A DNA stretch of 64,000 nucleotides, taken from NCBI GenBank assembly GCA_946611685.1, contig CAMODX010000001.1, forward strand, positions 33,599 to 97,598, in the 5' to 3' direction. Under the pieces are notes generated by a model that had not been told where the DNA came from, made no database searches, and saw only the letters and a program-made list of their open reading frames with translations. A program made the position numbers and the translations under genes. This DNA comes from an uncultured Treponema sp. (GTDB lineage: Bacteria; Spirochaetota; Spirochaetia; Treponematales; Treponemataceae). Below, piece by piece: positions 46,638 to 55,295 of the stretch (positions within the stretch are counted from its first letter, which is position 1; each line of letters starts with the position of its first letter).

Positions 46638-47591
46638 TTACCACACAAAACTCGCCCCGCCTAAAACCGGCACCAGCGTATCTTTAAAAAGAAGGTAAAG
46701 ATAAAAACAGATTCCGCACATTAAAAGCGGGTTTAAGAGCGTTAAAAACACTTCCTCTTTCTTCTGCTTTTTTTGATTCAGGATTCTGAAGGTTTTTTCA
46801 AAACACGCATAATCACCAGATGCTTCAGAAAGACACAAACAAAGCCCCGCAGTCCGTGAAGCAAAATCAAAACCGCATTCTTTAAGTGCTGAACAGAATA
46901 CCTCTGCAACTTTCTCCCCCTCCCTTATTCGCCTTCTGATTTTTAAAATCATCCCCTCAATTTTTTCATTACCCCTGAACATCAGAAAAACACAGTCCAG
47001 AGCACCGGCAAGAGTAAAACCGTTCTCAACTGAAAAAGAAAGAACCTTAAATAAAAGCGGCGGAACAGAAGGAGAAAAAATATGTTTTACAAGCAGCGCT
47101 GTCCCCGCACAAAACACTCCTAAAAATAAAACAGACGATTCTCCAGTCAAAAAAAAGCCTTTAACTCCTCCGCCTTTTGCTCCCGCTGTTAAATAAAAAA
47201 CAAGACTGAACACAAAAGACAGAGCACACACACAGACAGGATACAAAAGTGAAAGAAAAGACTTTTCAAAACGATTTAACCGTTCCTCAAGCATTTTTTT
47301 TAAAAACCCTAAGGTCTTTATAAGGCTTCCGTTTTCTTCCGCACTGTAAATAAACCCCGAAAACCAGGAAGGAACCTTTATGCAGGAAAGTTTTTCAAAG
47401 GCTTCACCTGTTTTTTTCCCTTCAGAAAGAAAGTTCTTTAATTCCTGACAGCATAAATGAACATTAAGAGGCACCTTTCCACAGGTCCTTCTGTCTGACA
47501 GTTCACTGACCGCCGTTTTAAGAGAAAAACCTGCTTCGCAATAACCGTAAAGAAGCTCAGTCAAAACTAAAAGTGTCTTTTCATCTTTCAT
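46638..47591 (-). CDS. gspF: type II secretion system platform protein, GspF/PilC family (short form)
   Basis: The ATG at 47591 forms an ATGA overlap with the gspE stop. The T2SSF-like segment reads ELSDRR...FSGFIYSAEENGSLIKTLGFL. It has three or more TM helices, and ~317 aa is shorter than the typical ~400 aa. Confidence 0.65.
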   Translation of the reverse strand: MKDEKTLLVLTELLYGYCEAGFSLKTAVSELSDRRTCGKVPLNVHLCCQELKNFLSEGKKTGEAFEKLSCIKVPSWFSGFIYSAEENGSLIKTLGFLKKMLEERLNRFEKSFLSLLYPVCVCALSFVFSLVFYLTAGAKGGGVKGFFLTGESSVLFLGVFCAGTALLVKHIFSPSVPPLLFKVLSFSVENGFTLAGALDCVFLMFRGNEKIEGMILKIRRRIREGEKVAEVFCSALKECGFDFASRTAGLCLCLSEASGDYACFEKTFRILNQKKQKKEEVFLTLLNPLLMCGICFYLYLLFKDTLVPVLGGASFVW

Positions 47592-48853
47592 ACACACCTC
47601 TCATCAATAATTGACTTCAACTTTCCGCCAAAGCTTTCATCATCACTAATTTCAAACAAGTCCGGAACAGTTTCAAAAACCTTTGCCCGTAACACAGGAA
47701 GCCACCTTTCCCCATTTTTTTTGTAATCAAGTTCCTGGGAGATCACTCCTTTTAAAACAGTACAGAGAGTTTTTAAGGAAAGGCCCAGGTCACACAGCCT
47801 TAAGAGCGTTTCAAAAATTCCGTCCGTATGAACTGTTGCAAAAACAAGATGCCCCGTAAGAGAGGCCCGTAAGGCCGTCTTTGCAGAAAGTGAATCACGA
47901 ATTTCCCCTACAAAAACAACATCAGGATCGTGGCGGAAAATATACTTAAGGGCACTGTCAAAATCAAGTTTTGCCGTTTCCTCAAGCCTTATCTGAGTAA
48001 CCCCCTCAAGAATATATTCAGGCGGCTCTTCTACAGTGATTATTTTTTTTGTTCCTTCACTTTCCTTTAAAATCCACTGCAGCACCGCAGAGGCTGTAGT
48101 GGTCTTACCTGAACCCGTAGGCCCTGAAATCAGCACAAGTCCGCTTTTACAGCAGGCAGTTCTTCGGATTATTTTCTGCTGTCTTTCATCAAAACCAAGT
48201 CCCTCAAGTTCCGGATTCACCCTCTGTGTATCTAAAAGCCTCAGGACAACTGACTCTACTCCTTCTTCAGAATAAGTAGAAATCACCGGAAGACAGGATA
48301 CACGGATAAAGACAGTTCTCTTTTTTCTTTTCCAGATAAACTGCCCGTCCTGTCCGCTTCTTTTTTCCATAACATTCATACGGGCAAGAACTTTTATGCG
48401 TCTTACAAGTTCAAGCATTCTCTGAACGTCAAGCCGACAGGCTTTCTCAAGTCTTCCGTTTATCCTGTAGCGGACACAGTTTTCCTCTATGTGAATGTCA
48501 CTCGCCCCTTTTTCAGCAGCCTCTTCAATAAGAGAATCCAGAAGCAGCACCCCTGCGCTGTTTTCATCGTATTCAGGAATTCTTTCGCTTATAAATGAAT
48601 CAGATGAACATCCGTAATTTCTGGTAACTATTTTTTCAAGTTCATCAGCATCAATCTTAGTGAAAGTACATTCAATATCTGTTCTTTCAAAAAAGATTCT
48701 TGCAGAACGCTCAAGCCTGTTTTTTAATTCCGTATTATCAGGATTTACAAGACCGAAGCAGACGGCATTTTTTGACTGTGAGAGTAAAGCAACTCCGTTA
48801 TACAGGCAGAACTGAGTTCCAAGCTCAAATTTTTTAATGCAGTCCTCCCTCAT
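47588..48853 (-). CDS. gspE: type II/IV secretion ATPase GspE/PilB family
   Basis: 421 aa with Walker A ISGPTGSGKTTT, Asp box, Walker B VFVGEIRD and His box TGHLVFATVHT. An ATGA overlap joins it to the gspD stop. Confidence 0.9.
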   Translation of the reverse strand: MREDCIKKFELGTQFCLYNGVALLSQSKNAVCFGLVNPDNTELKNRLERSARIFFERTDIECTFTKIDADELEKIVTRNYGCSSDSFISERIPEYDENSAGVLLLDSLIEEAAEKGASDIHIEENCVRYRINGRLEKACRLDVQRMLELVRRIKVLARMNVMEKRSGQDGQFIWKRKKRTVFIRVSCLPVISTYSEEGVESVVLRLLDTQRVNPELEGLGFDERQQKIIRRTACCKSGLVLISGPTGSGKTTTASAVLQWILKESEGTKKIITVEEPPEYILEGVTQIRLEETAKLDFDSALKYIFRHDPDVVFVGEIRDSLSAKTALRASLTGHLVFATVHTDGIFETLLRLCDLGLSLKTLCTVLKGVISQELDYKKNGERWLPVLRAKVFETVPDLFEISDDESFGGKLKSIIDERCV

Positions 48854-50855
48854 ATAAGCTTAAACTCCTTCAAAACCCGTCTCATTTCCTCTTTTTTTTC
48901 TTCAGAACGGATTTTTTCTTTGAGAAGGCCATCCTCATTTTTCTGAAAGTCTGCCTCCGGTGAATCAATATTAGGCACCAGGTAAATTACAAGTTCAGTT
49001 GATTCAGTCTTTTTATCACTTCCCTTAAAAAGTCTTCCTAAAAGAGGAACTTTTGATATCCAAGGAATCCGCGAATCAGTTTCACTTTCCTCATTTTGAA
49101 CAAGGCCGCTTAAGATGACAGGTTCACCGCTTTTTGCCCTCACTTCCGTACTCACCAGTTTTTCAGAAGAAGGCGGCGGATTTCCGGTTTTAGAAGAAGT
49201 GTCCGTGCCCTGACGGCTTACACTGGCAGAAATTTTAGTAGTGATGCTTTTATCTCCGATTACAGTTCCAGTTATTTCAAGTTTAAGCCCTGACACGATT
49301 TCTCTTGTTACCCCTGAATAAACAGGTTTTCCCGTTTCAGGATCAAGATTATTGTCACGGTAGCGGTAAGTATTAGTGTTCTGAAAACTTATGGTTCTCC
49401 CGGAAACTCCCGTCAGCGTTGTATCAGCAAAAACACGGGCCTTAGTTTCATTAATCGAAGTCTGAAGGGCAGCAGCAAACTTTAATCCAAAAGCTCCCGT
49501 CACATCCATATTAAAATCAAGCACACTTCCAAGAGCTGCAGTCAGAGAGTTTTCATCAGTTTCCGCTGCTTTAGAAACAGTTAGAGAAGGATTCCATTCA
49601 CTCCCCTTTGAATTCTGATATTGAATTATCAGAAGATCATAGCTGACTCTGGTTACAGGCCTGTCGTACTCTTTAAGTTCCTCAAGCAGCCTTATATATT
49701 CATAATCAGTTCCAGTAAAATAAAAGCTGTCCCCCTTTCCGCTCTCAGTTATTTTTGAACGGTCGGCAAAAGGCGGCGGACAGGATATAAAATCTGACGC
49801 CTTAAGATGCTTTAACTGAACGAGTCTTGCGTTTGTTTTTACATCCCAGCTGTAAAGAAAATCATCAAAATCAGGTTCATCTTTTTCACGGATAAAATAC
49901 AGAAAATCGCCGTTCCCTCCAGCTTTTACAAGTTCAAGGTCAGGAAATCTTTTTAATGCCGCAGAAGAAAACCCCTCAAAGCTTCCGTACTTTAAGACAC
50001 CTTTCCGCCACTCTTTGCCGGTAGAATCGATTTTTTTTCTGGCATTCTTTGAACCAATCACATAACAGATCCCGTCTTCAAAAACCGCTTCTGCTCCGGC
50101 TAAAGCACAGAGATTAACGGCAAGCTCTTCAAGCGAAAGATTTGAGAGGCTGGCACGGACAATTTTTCCGTCCCCGCCTGAAACAATACAGAACTGAACG
50201 CCGGCGTCCTTAAAAAGCCTGTCGAGGGCGCTTTCAAGTGAACAGCCGGAAACATCGCAGTTCCAGTACTGTCCTGCGGTAACAGAAAAAACAGCCCTGC
50301 CTGTCAGAGTCTGAACAGGATTTTTGTAGTGCGTGAAACATGAATAACACCATCACCTTTTTTTTCAGCTTCAAAACCACTGCAAAGCCCTGTAATTCTT
50401 GAAACAAGTTCAAACTCAGTACAAAAACCGGTATGAATGCTCACACAGACCGCAGGCAGACTGTCAAAAGTAATGCAGGTTTGAGTCTTTTCGGCCGTTT
50501 TTTCAAACAGCTGTGACGGAGTCATATCAAGTGCATCCAGTGAATACAAACCTTCTTCGTTTTTCACCAGAGAGTACCTGCTGACAGTCCAGCCTTCACT
50601 GCTTTTAGTAACATAAAGCCTCGACTTCCTCAAAAACGAATCAAATGCAAGGTCAAAATCATCCCCGCTCACGCGGAAATCTCCCGTGCCCTTTACAGTG
50701 TCATCGCCCGTAACAGGAAAGCCTTTATAAACAGAAACCGCATACAAAATCTCAGACAAGTCTTTATTGATGAATTCAAAGCTTTCAGCTCCCGCCTTAA
50801 AAACAAGGAAAAACATCGCAAAAGACACAAAAATTTTTTGGAAAGTCTTAATCAC
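48850..50855 (-). pseudogene. gspD: secretin GspD, split into two ORFs by a 1-nt frameshift as sequenced
   Basis: The N-terminal ORF is 50304..50855. Its GTG start has AAGGGGG 5 nt upstream, its signal peptide is MIKTFQKIFVSFAMFFLVFKAGA, and its N0-like segment reads FEFINKDLSEILYAVSVYKGFPVTGDDTV. The C-terminal frame is open from 50352 down to 48850. It has Secretin_N-like LSLEELAVNLCALAG and the secretin C-terminal motif IPWISKVPLLGRLF. The frames overlap at 50304-50352 and join if the A5 run (50321-50325) becomes A6. Confidence 0.8.
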
Positions 50856-51010
50856 TTTTACCCCCTTAAAATTATTTTTTCTTCTGCAATAATAATTGGT
50901 GCTGTTTTTTAAAAACTGACAAAAAACCATTAAAAAATTTTTAAAAAAGTGTAAAAAGTTGCCCCACAGTCCCTTTTCGTGATAAACTCAAGGGGATAAA
51001 CGGTAGAAAA

Positions 51011-51994
51011 ATGATTAATTACTGGCAGCAGGAAAACGGCATCTTTGTAAAAAAAGACAAAGATAAAATCGATCCGGAAAAAAGACTCTGGGTTGATGCC
51101 CGCAATGTAACATCAAAAGAAATCGCAGTTCTCGAAGCAGATTACAAACTCGACCATGATCATGTTGTAGACTCACTCGACCCCGATGAACTTTCACGCA
51201 TTGAACAGGGTGACGGCTATGTACTTACCATCATGCGTCTGCCGGTCTACATGCCTAATGCCGAAGTTCACTATCACACAGCGCCGATGGGTGCCATCGT
51301 TTTTTCTGACACAATCATCACAATGTGCTGGACAGACTGTGAAGTTTTAAAAGATTTATGTGCAAACAGAATCAAAGACCTTACAATTTCTGACTTTCCT
51401 GCTTTCATCACGCGGATTTTAAGCCGTGCAGACACAATGTTCCTGCGCTACCTTAAAGAAATCAACCGCCGTACAAACTCAATCCAGGAAGAACTCCAGG
51501 TATCAATCGAAAACAACGAACTGATTCAGCTTTTCAACCTGGAAAAATCCCTCATGTACTTTACAAGCTCCCTCAAGAGCAACCAGCTCCTGCTTGAAAA
51601 AATACGCAAGACTAAAATCATCAAATTTGATGCAGACGACCAGGACTGGCTCGATGACGTAGAAGTAGATAACCGTCAGGCTATGGAAATGGCAAACACC
51701 TACTCCCAGACAATTTCAGGCACAATGGATGCCTTTGCTTCAGTTATCTCAAACAATATGAATATCGTAATGAAGCAGCTGACAGTATTCTCCATTGCCT
51801 TAATGCTCATTTCCTTCATAACAAGTTTCTGGGGAATGAATATCCGCCTGCCATGGACAAAAGATGACGGCTGGACAGGCTTTATTGTAATCAGCATAGG
51901 CTGTGCAGTCCTGGCTACAGGCGCATTCGTCATAATGACTTTTATGTCAAAAATCCAGAAAAAATTCAGGCAGTTAAAAAATAGAAAACGGTAA
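51011..51994 (+). CDS. corA: CorA-family magnesium/cobalt transporter
   Basis: 327 aa with two C-terminal TM helices and the signature FWGMNIRLPW (GMN motif). Confidence 0.85.
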   Translation: MINYWQQENGIFVKKDKDKIDPEKRLWVDARNVTSKEIAVLEADYKLDHDHVVDSLDPDELSRIEQGDGYVLTIMRLPVYMPNAEVHYHTAPMGAIVFSDTIITMCWTDCEVLKDLCANRIKDLTISDFPAFITRILSRADTMFLRYLKEINRRTNSIQEELQVSIENNELIQLFNLEKSLMYFTSSLKSNQLLLEKIRKTKIIKFDADDQDWLDDVEVDNRQAMEMANTYSQTISGTMDAFASVISNNMNIVMKQLTVFSIALMLISFITSFWGMNIRLPWTKDDGWTGFIVISIGCAVLATGAFVIMTFMSKIQKKFRQLKNRKR

Positions 51995-52016
51995 AACCAG
52001 AATAAAAGCCTGTGAT

Positions 52017-52046
52017 CAGCGCCGCTAACGCGGAGTTTTATAAGGA
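52017..52046 (+). promoter_or_regulatory. 30-nt leader element identical to the 3' end of the 113-bp repeat unit
   Basis: cagcgccgctaacgcggagttttataagga is the exact reverse complement of 46322-46351, 46435-46464 and 46548-46577. In both contexts it sits just 5' of a start codon and supplies the AAGGA Shine-Dalgarno. Confidence 0.8.
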
Positions 52047-52053
52047 TGGTTCC

Positions 52054-53064
52054 ATGAAAAAGTCAAAAAAGTTATTAATACCTGCAGTTATCTTTACGGC
52101 AGCTTTTCTTTTACAGCCTGCTTATACACAGGATAAGCAGAATAATCTTTCAGAAGATTTTGTTTTTGAAGATATGGACATGGTTGAACTCGGACCGAAA
52201 GACGGTCAGGAATTTGACGTCTATGTAATCGGAGATTCAAGCCAGTCCTTTACTGAAAAACGCTGGATAAAACCTTTCCTGCTCAACCGCACGGAAACAA
52301 CCTACGATTTATGGTATTCAGTAAGAAAAACAGCCGAAGACATGGGCTATAAATTCCTCAATCCCGGACAGGAAGGCTCCCGCGGAAAAAGAGGCGCCGC
52401 CCCGACACAATACGGAAAATATCAGCCTGTAACAATGATAAGCTGGTACGATGCCGTAATCTGGTGCAATGCACTCTCAGAACTCTACGGCCTTACCCCC
52501 TGCTACACCTACAAAAACCAGGTCTTAAAAGACGCAACGGAAACAACCCGTCTCGACCTTGCAGAATGTAACTGGGACTCTAAAGGCTTCCGCCTTCCTT
52601 CAGAAGAAGAATGGGAATATGCTGCAAGAAAAACAAAAAACGGCTTTCAGGGCGGAGATATAATGAGCGGTCAGGCAGACGAAAACGGAAAGACTGATTT
52701 TTCAATTCCTGAAGAAGCTGTAAGCTGGACAGCAAACAACACAGACCAGACACGCCCGGCAGGAACTGCAGGCACACCCTTTGAAAGCAAAGCCCCTCCA
52801 AAACCAGGCAGCGGAAATCCAAACGGAGCAGGACTTTTTGACATGAGCGGAAACATTCTTGAGTTTGTGTGGGACTGGATGGCAAATTACAGGCCGTCTG
52901 AACCGGGAAAAAGATGCACTGGTCCTGAAAGCGGCAGCCAGAGGGTAAGCCGCGGCGGAAGCTGGTCAGTATACACGCCGTTCTGTTACGCAGGAGACCG
53001 CTACAGTTTTGATCCTAACGAAGTCTACAACTACTTCGGTTTCCGTCTGGCACAGACAAATTAA
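52054..53064 (+). CDS. secreted FGE/SUMF1-domain protein (formylglycine-generating-enzyme-like, probably non-canonical)
   Basis: The start is moved to the ATG at 52054 (signal peptide MKKSKKLLIPAVIFTAAFLLQPAYTQ). Motifs are RLPSEEEWEYAAR, GNILEFVWDW, RVSRGGSW and FGFRLAQ. The active-site stretch FCYAGDRYS has only the first of the two FGE catalytic cysteines (CxxxxC). Confidence 0.75.
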   Translation: MKKSKKLLIPAVIFTAAFLLQPAYTQDKQNNLSEDFVFEDMDMVELGPKDGQEFDVYVIGDSSQSFTEKRWIKPFLLNRTETTYDLWYSVRKTAEDMGYKFLNPGQEGSRGKRGAAPTQYGKYQPVTMISWYDAVIWCNALSELYGLTPCYTYKNQVLKDATETTRLDLAECNWDSKGFRLPSEEEWEYAARKTKNGFQGGDIMSGQADENGKTDFSIPEEAVSWTANNTDQTRPAGTAGTPFESKAPPKPGSGNPNGAGLFDMSGNILEFVWDWMANYRPSEPGKRCTGPESGSQRVSRGGSWSVYTPFCYAGDRYSFDPNEVYNYFGFRLAQTN

Positions 53065-53080
53065 ATAAACTAATTCCTTT

Positions 53081-53773
53081 TTACAGCTGACACAATTCTG
53101 CAGAAGCAACGCTCCACTTTCCGCCGTCTTCCTTTAATTCAACCCAGCCGTACTTTCCTTCCATAAGGGCACCGGGATTCATTACAAGAGTTGAACCGAT
53201 TTTACTCATTCCAGCACTTTCATGAATATGCCCTGTTACGGTTAAAACAGGCTGTGTCTTTTCAATAAAATCACGCAAAAGCGCACTGCCAACGTGCACG
53301 CCGCCCGGAATCATATCACAGTCAGTCTCTTTAGGAGGATTGTGCATGATAAGAATAAGGTTATTGACGGTTCCATTTTCATCAGCAATCTGAGGGAGAG
53401 ATTCCTTTACAATACTGTAATCTTTAAGCAGTTCTTCTTCTGTGCGTTCAAAAGGAGTTTCACCCGTGAACTTTGATCCGCCGCCGCTTCCTGCAATCAC
53501 AAGGCCGTCATGAAAAACCATGCTTCCTTCAACACTGATATCAGCCTTTTCAATTTCTTCAAGGAACGCAGGTTCATCGCAGTTACCAAGTACCGCAAAA
53601 ACAGACTCATGGCGGTTCAAAAGAGCCTCAAGGGCAGGTTTTCCGGTTTCAGGATGATTAAACCTTGCAAAATCGCCTGCAAAAAGAACAAAATCTGCTG
53701 CCGCAAAACGGTCGGCAAGTTTTTCGATATTTTCGGTATTTCCGTGTATGTCTGATATTACAAGTATTTTCAT
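53081..53773 (-). CDS. calcineurin-like metallophosphoesterase
   Basis: 230 aa with MKILVISDIHGN, AGDF, GNCD, IMHNPP and TGHIHES motifs. Confidence 0.8.
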   Translation of the reverse strand: MKILVISDIHGNTENIEKLADRFAAADFVLFAGDFARFNHPETGKPALEALLNRHESVFAVLGNCDEPAFLEEIEKADISVEGSMVFHDGLVIAGSGGGSKFTGETPFERTEEELLKDYSIVKESLPQIADENGTVNNLILIMHNPPKETDCDMIPGGVHVGSALLRDFIEKTQPVLTVTGHIHESAGMSKIGSTLVMNPGALMEGKYGWVELKEDGGKWSVASAELCQL

Positions 53774-53859
53774 ATATATATTTTCTCCTTAACAATGGCT
53801 CCCGGCAGGGTTCCGTCTTTATTCAAAACATCACTATAAAATTTCGGTGTGTTTTTTAT

Positions 53860-55014
53860 TTACAAAGTAGACATCACTTTTTTTAAGGCGGCCATCTGTC
53901 CGTGAGTTCCGACTGTAATTCTCAGGTAATCTTCAATTCCAGGTGTATTAAAGTGGCGGACTAAGATGCCCTGCTCTTTTATTTTTCTGTAGCTTACTTC
54001 ACCGCTAAGCCCTTCTTTTTTACAGAAAACAAAGTTCGTCTGACTGTCTAAAACATACCAGCCTTTTTCCCGGAGAAAATCAATAAACTCATCCCGCTCA
54101 AAAGCAACGCTTTTTGCACATTCAGCGTAATACCCCGTATCTCTGCAGGAAGCAATTCCAGCCTGCTGCGCCATAAAATCAACAGGAAAATGATTGAGCG
54201 AATTTTTAACGGTCGTAATGTGATTTACAAGTTCAGGAGAAGAAACAACATATCCAAGCCTCATTCCTGCCCCGCACATAGATTTAGAAAAAGTCCGCAC
54301 AATTACAAGATTCTTAAACTCAGAGAGAAGCGGAATAGAGCTTTCCCCGCCGAAATCAACATAGGCTTCATCAACTACAAAAACCCTGTCTTCAGGCGCA
54401 GCCTTAATCATCTCACGGATTTCCTCTCTTGAAAGCCCAAGTGATGTGGGCGCATTAGGATTTGCAAAAATAATTGAAGAATCAGTCTTCTTTGCTTCTT
54501 CAAGCATTTTCTCCCGGTCAATAGACCAGTCACTTTTAAGCGGAACTTTGTTCAAAGGAATATTGTAAAAGCCTGCATATACCGGATAAAAAGAATAAGT
54601 ATGCTCAGGAAGAACAAGCGGCCTGTCACCGTCAAAAAAAGCATAGAAAACAAAACTCAAAACTTCATCAGAGCCGTTCCCTGCATAAATCATGTCAGGA
54701 GTTACTTCAAAAGGAATCTTATCGCCAGCCCCGGGAGTAACTTTTGCCCCGCTTCCGTTTTTCTTACCGCCTTTTACTTCAGCTCCGGCAAGCACTCCTC
54801 CGCACTGATTGAGCATTGAGGCAATGGCAGCTTTAAGCTCATTTGAATCAGGATCAGGATAGAGCGCCATCTTCTGCGAATACTTTTTTGCAGCCTTAAC
54901 TACAGCTTTTGACACCTCCTGGCTCGGCGGATAAGGATTTTCATTAGCGTTTAATTTTATATATGGACGATCCTTAGGCTGTTCACCAGGAACATAAGGA
55001 TGAAGGTTTTTCAT
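53860..55014 (-). CDS. hisC: histidinol-phosphate aminotransferase
   Basis: The ATG at 55014 is preferred (MKNLHPYVPGEQ...). Other motifs are LNANENPYPPS, YPDPDSNELK and the PLP-lysine motif RTFSKSMCGAGMRLGY. The track start at 55029 is GTG. Confidence 0.85.
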   Translation of the reverse strand: MKNLHPYVPGEQPKDRPYIKLNANENPYPPSQEVSKAVVKAAKKYSQKMALYPDPDSNELKAAIASMLNQCGGVLAGAEVKGGKKNGSGAKVTPGAGDKIPFEVTPDMIYAGNGSDEVLSFVFYAFFDGDRPLVLPEHTYSFYPVYAGFYNIPLNKVPLKSDWSIDREKMLEEAKKTDSSIIFANPNAPTSLGLSREEIREMIKAAPEDRVFVVDEAYVDFGGESSIPLLSEFKNLVIVRTFSKSMCGAGMRLGYVVSSPELVNHITTVKNSLNHFPVDFMAQQAGIASCRDTGYYAECAKSVAFERDEFIDFLREKGWYVLDSQTNFVFCKKEGLSGEVSYRKIKEQGILVRHFNTPGIEDYLRITVGTHGQMAALKKVMSTL

Positions 55015-55295
55015 TCTCTGTGCAATCACTTTTTTCTCCCGTACTGCCCCGCGCTTTAATCACGGATACTTCATTTTAGACCCAAAAACATATTGTTTCA
55101 ATGAGGCATAAGCATACGGCGGCCTCTGCCGCTTACGCGTCAGACCGGGCTATCCGCGGTTGCGCGCAAAAGCGCTCCATTCGCCGCAGGAAACCTGCGC
55201 CGGACGCTCCGCGCCGCTACTATCCCTGGCCAAAACAGATAAATCTGGCATTTTCTGCCATTGAGAAAACAGATAAATACTGATAATATAAAAAT

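Noticed and set aside
55246-55260. Sigma-54 promoter (TGGCA...TGC)
   Set aside because: The GG-to-GC spacing is 2 nt shorter than the TGGCAC-N5-TTGCW consensus: the first G of GG to the G of GC is 10 nt instead of 12. The element is a true palindrome (TGGCA/TGCCA), which fits a dimeric DNA-binding protein better.
55101-55283. 60-aa ORF in the GC-rich island upstream of hisC
   Set aside because: The Arg/Ala-rich product comes from GC-rich structured DNA. There is no RBS, so it is probably a composition artefact.
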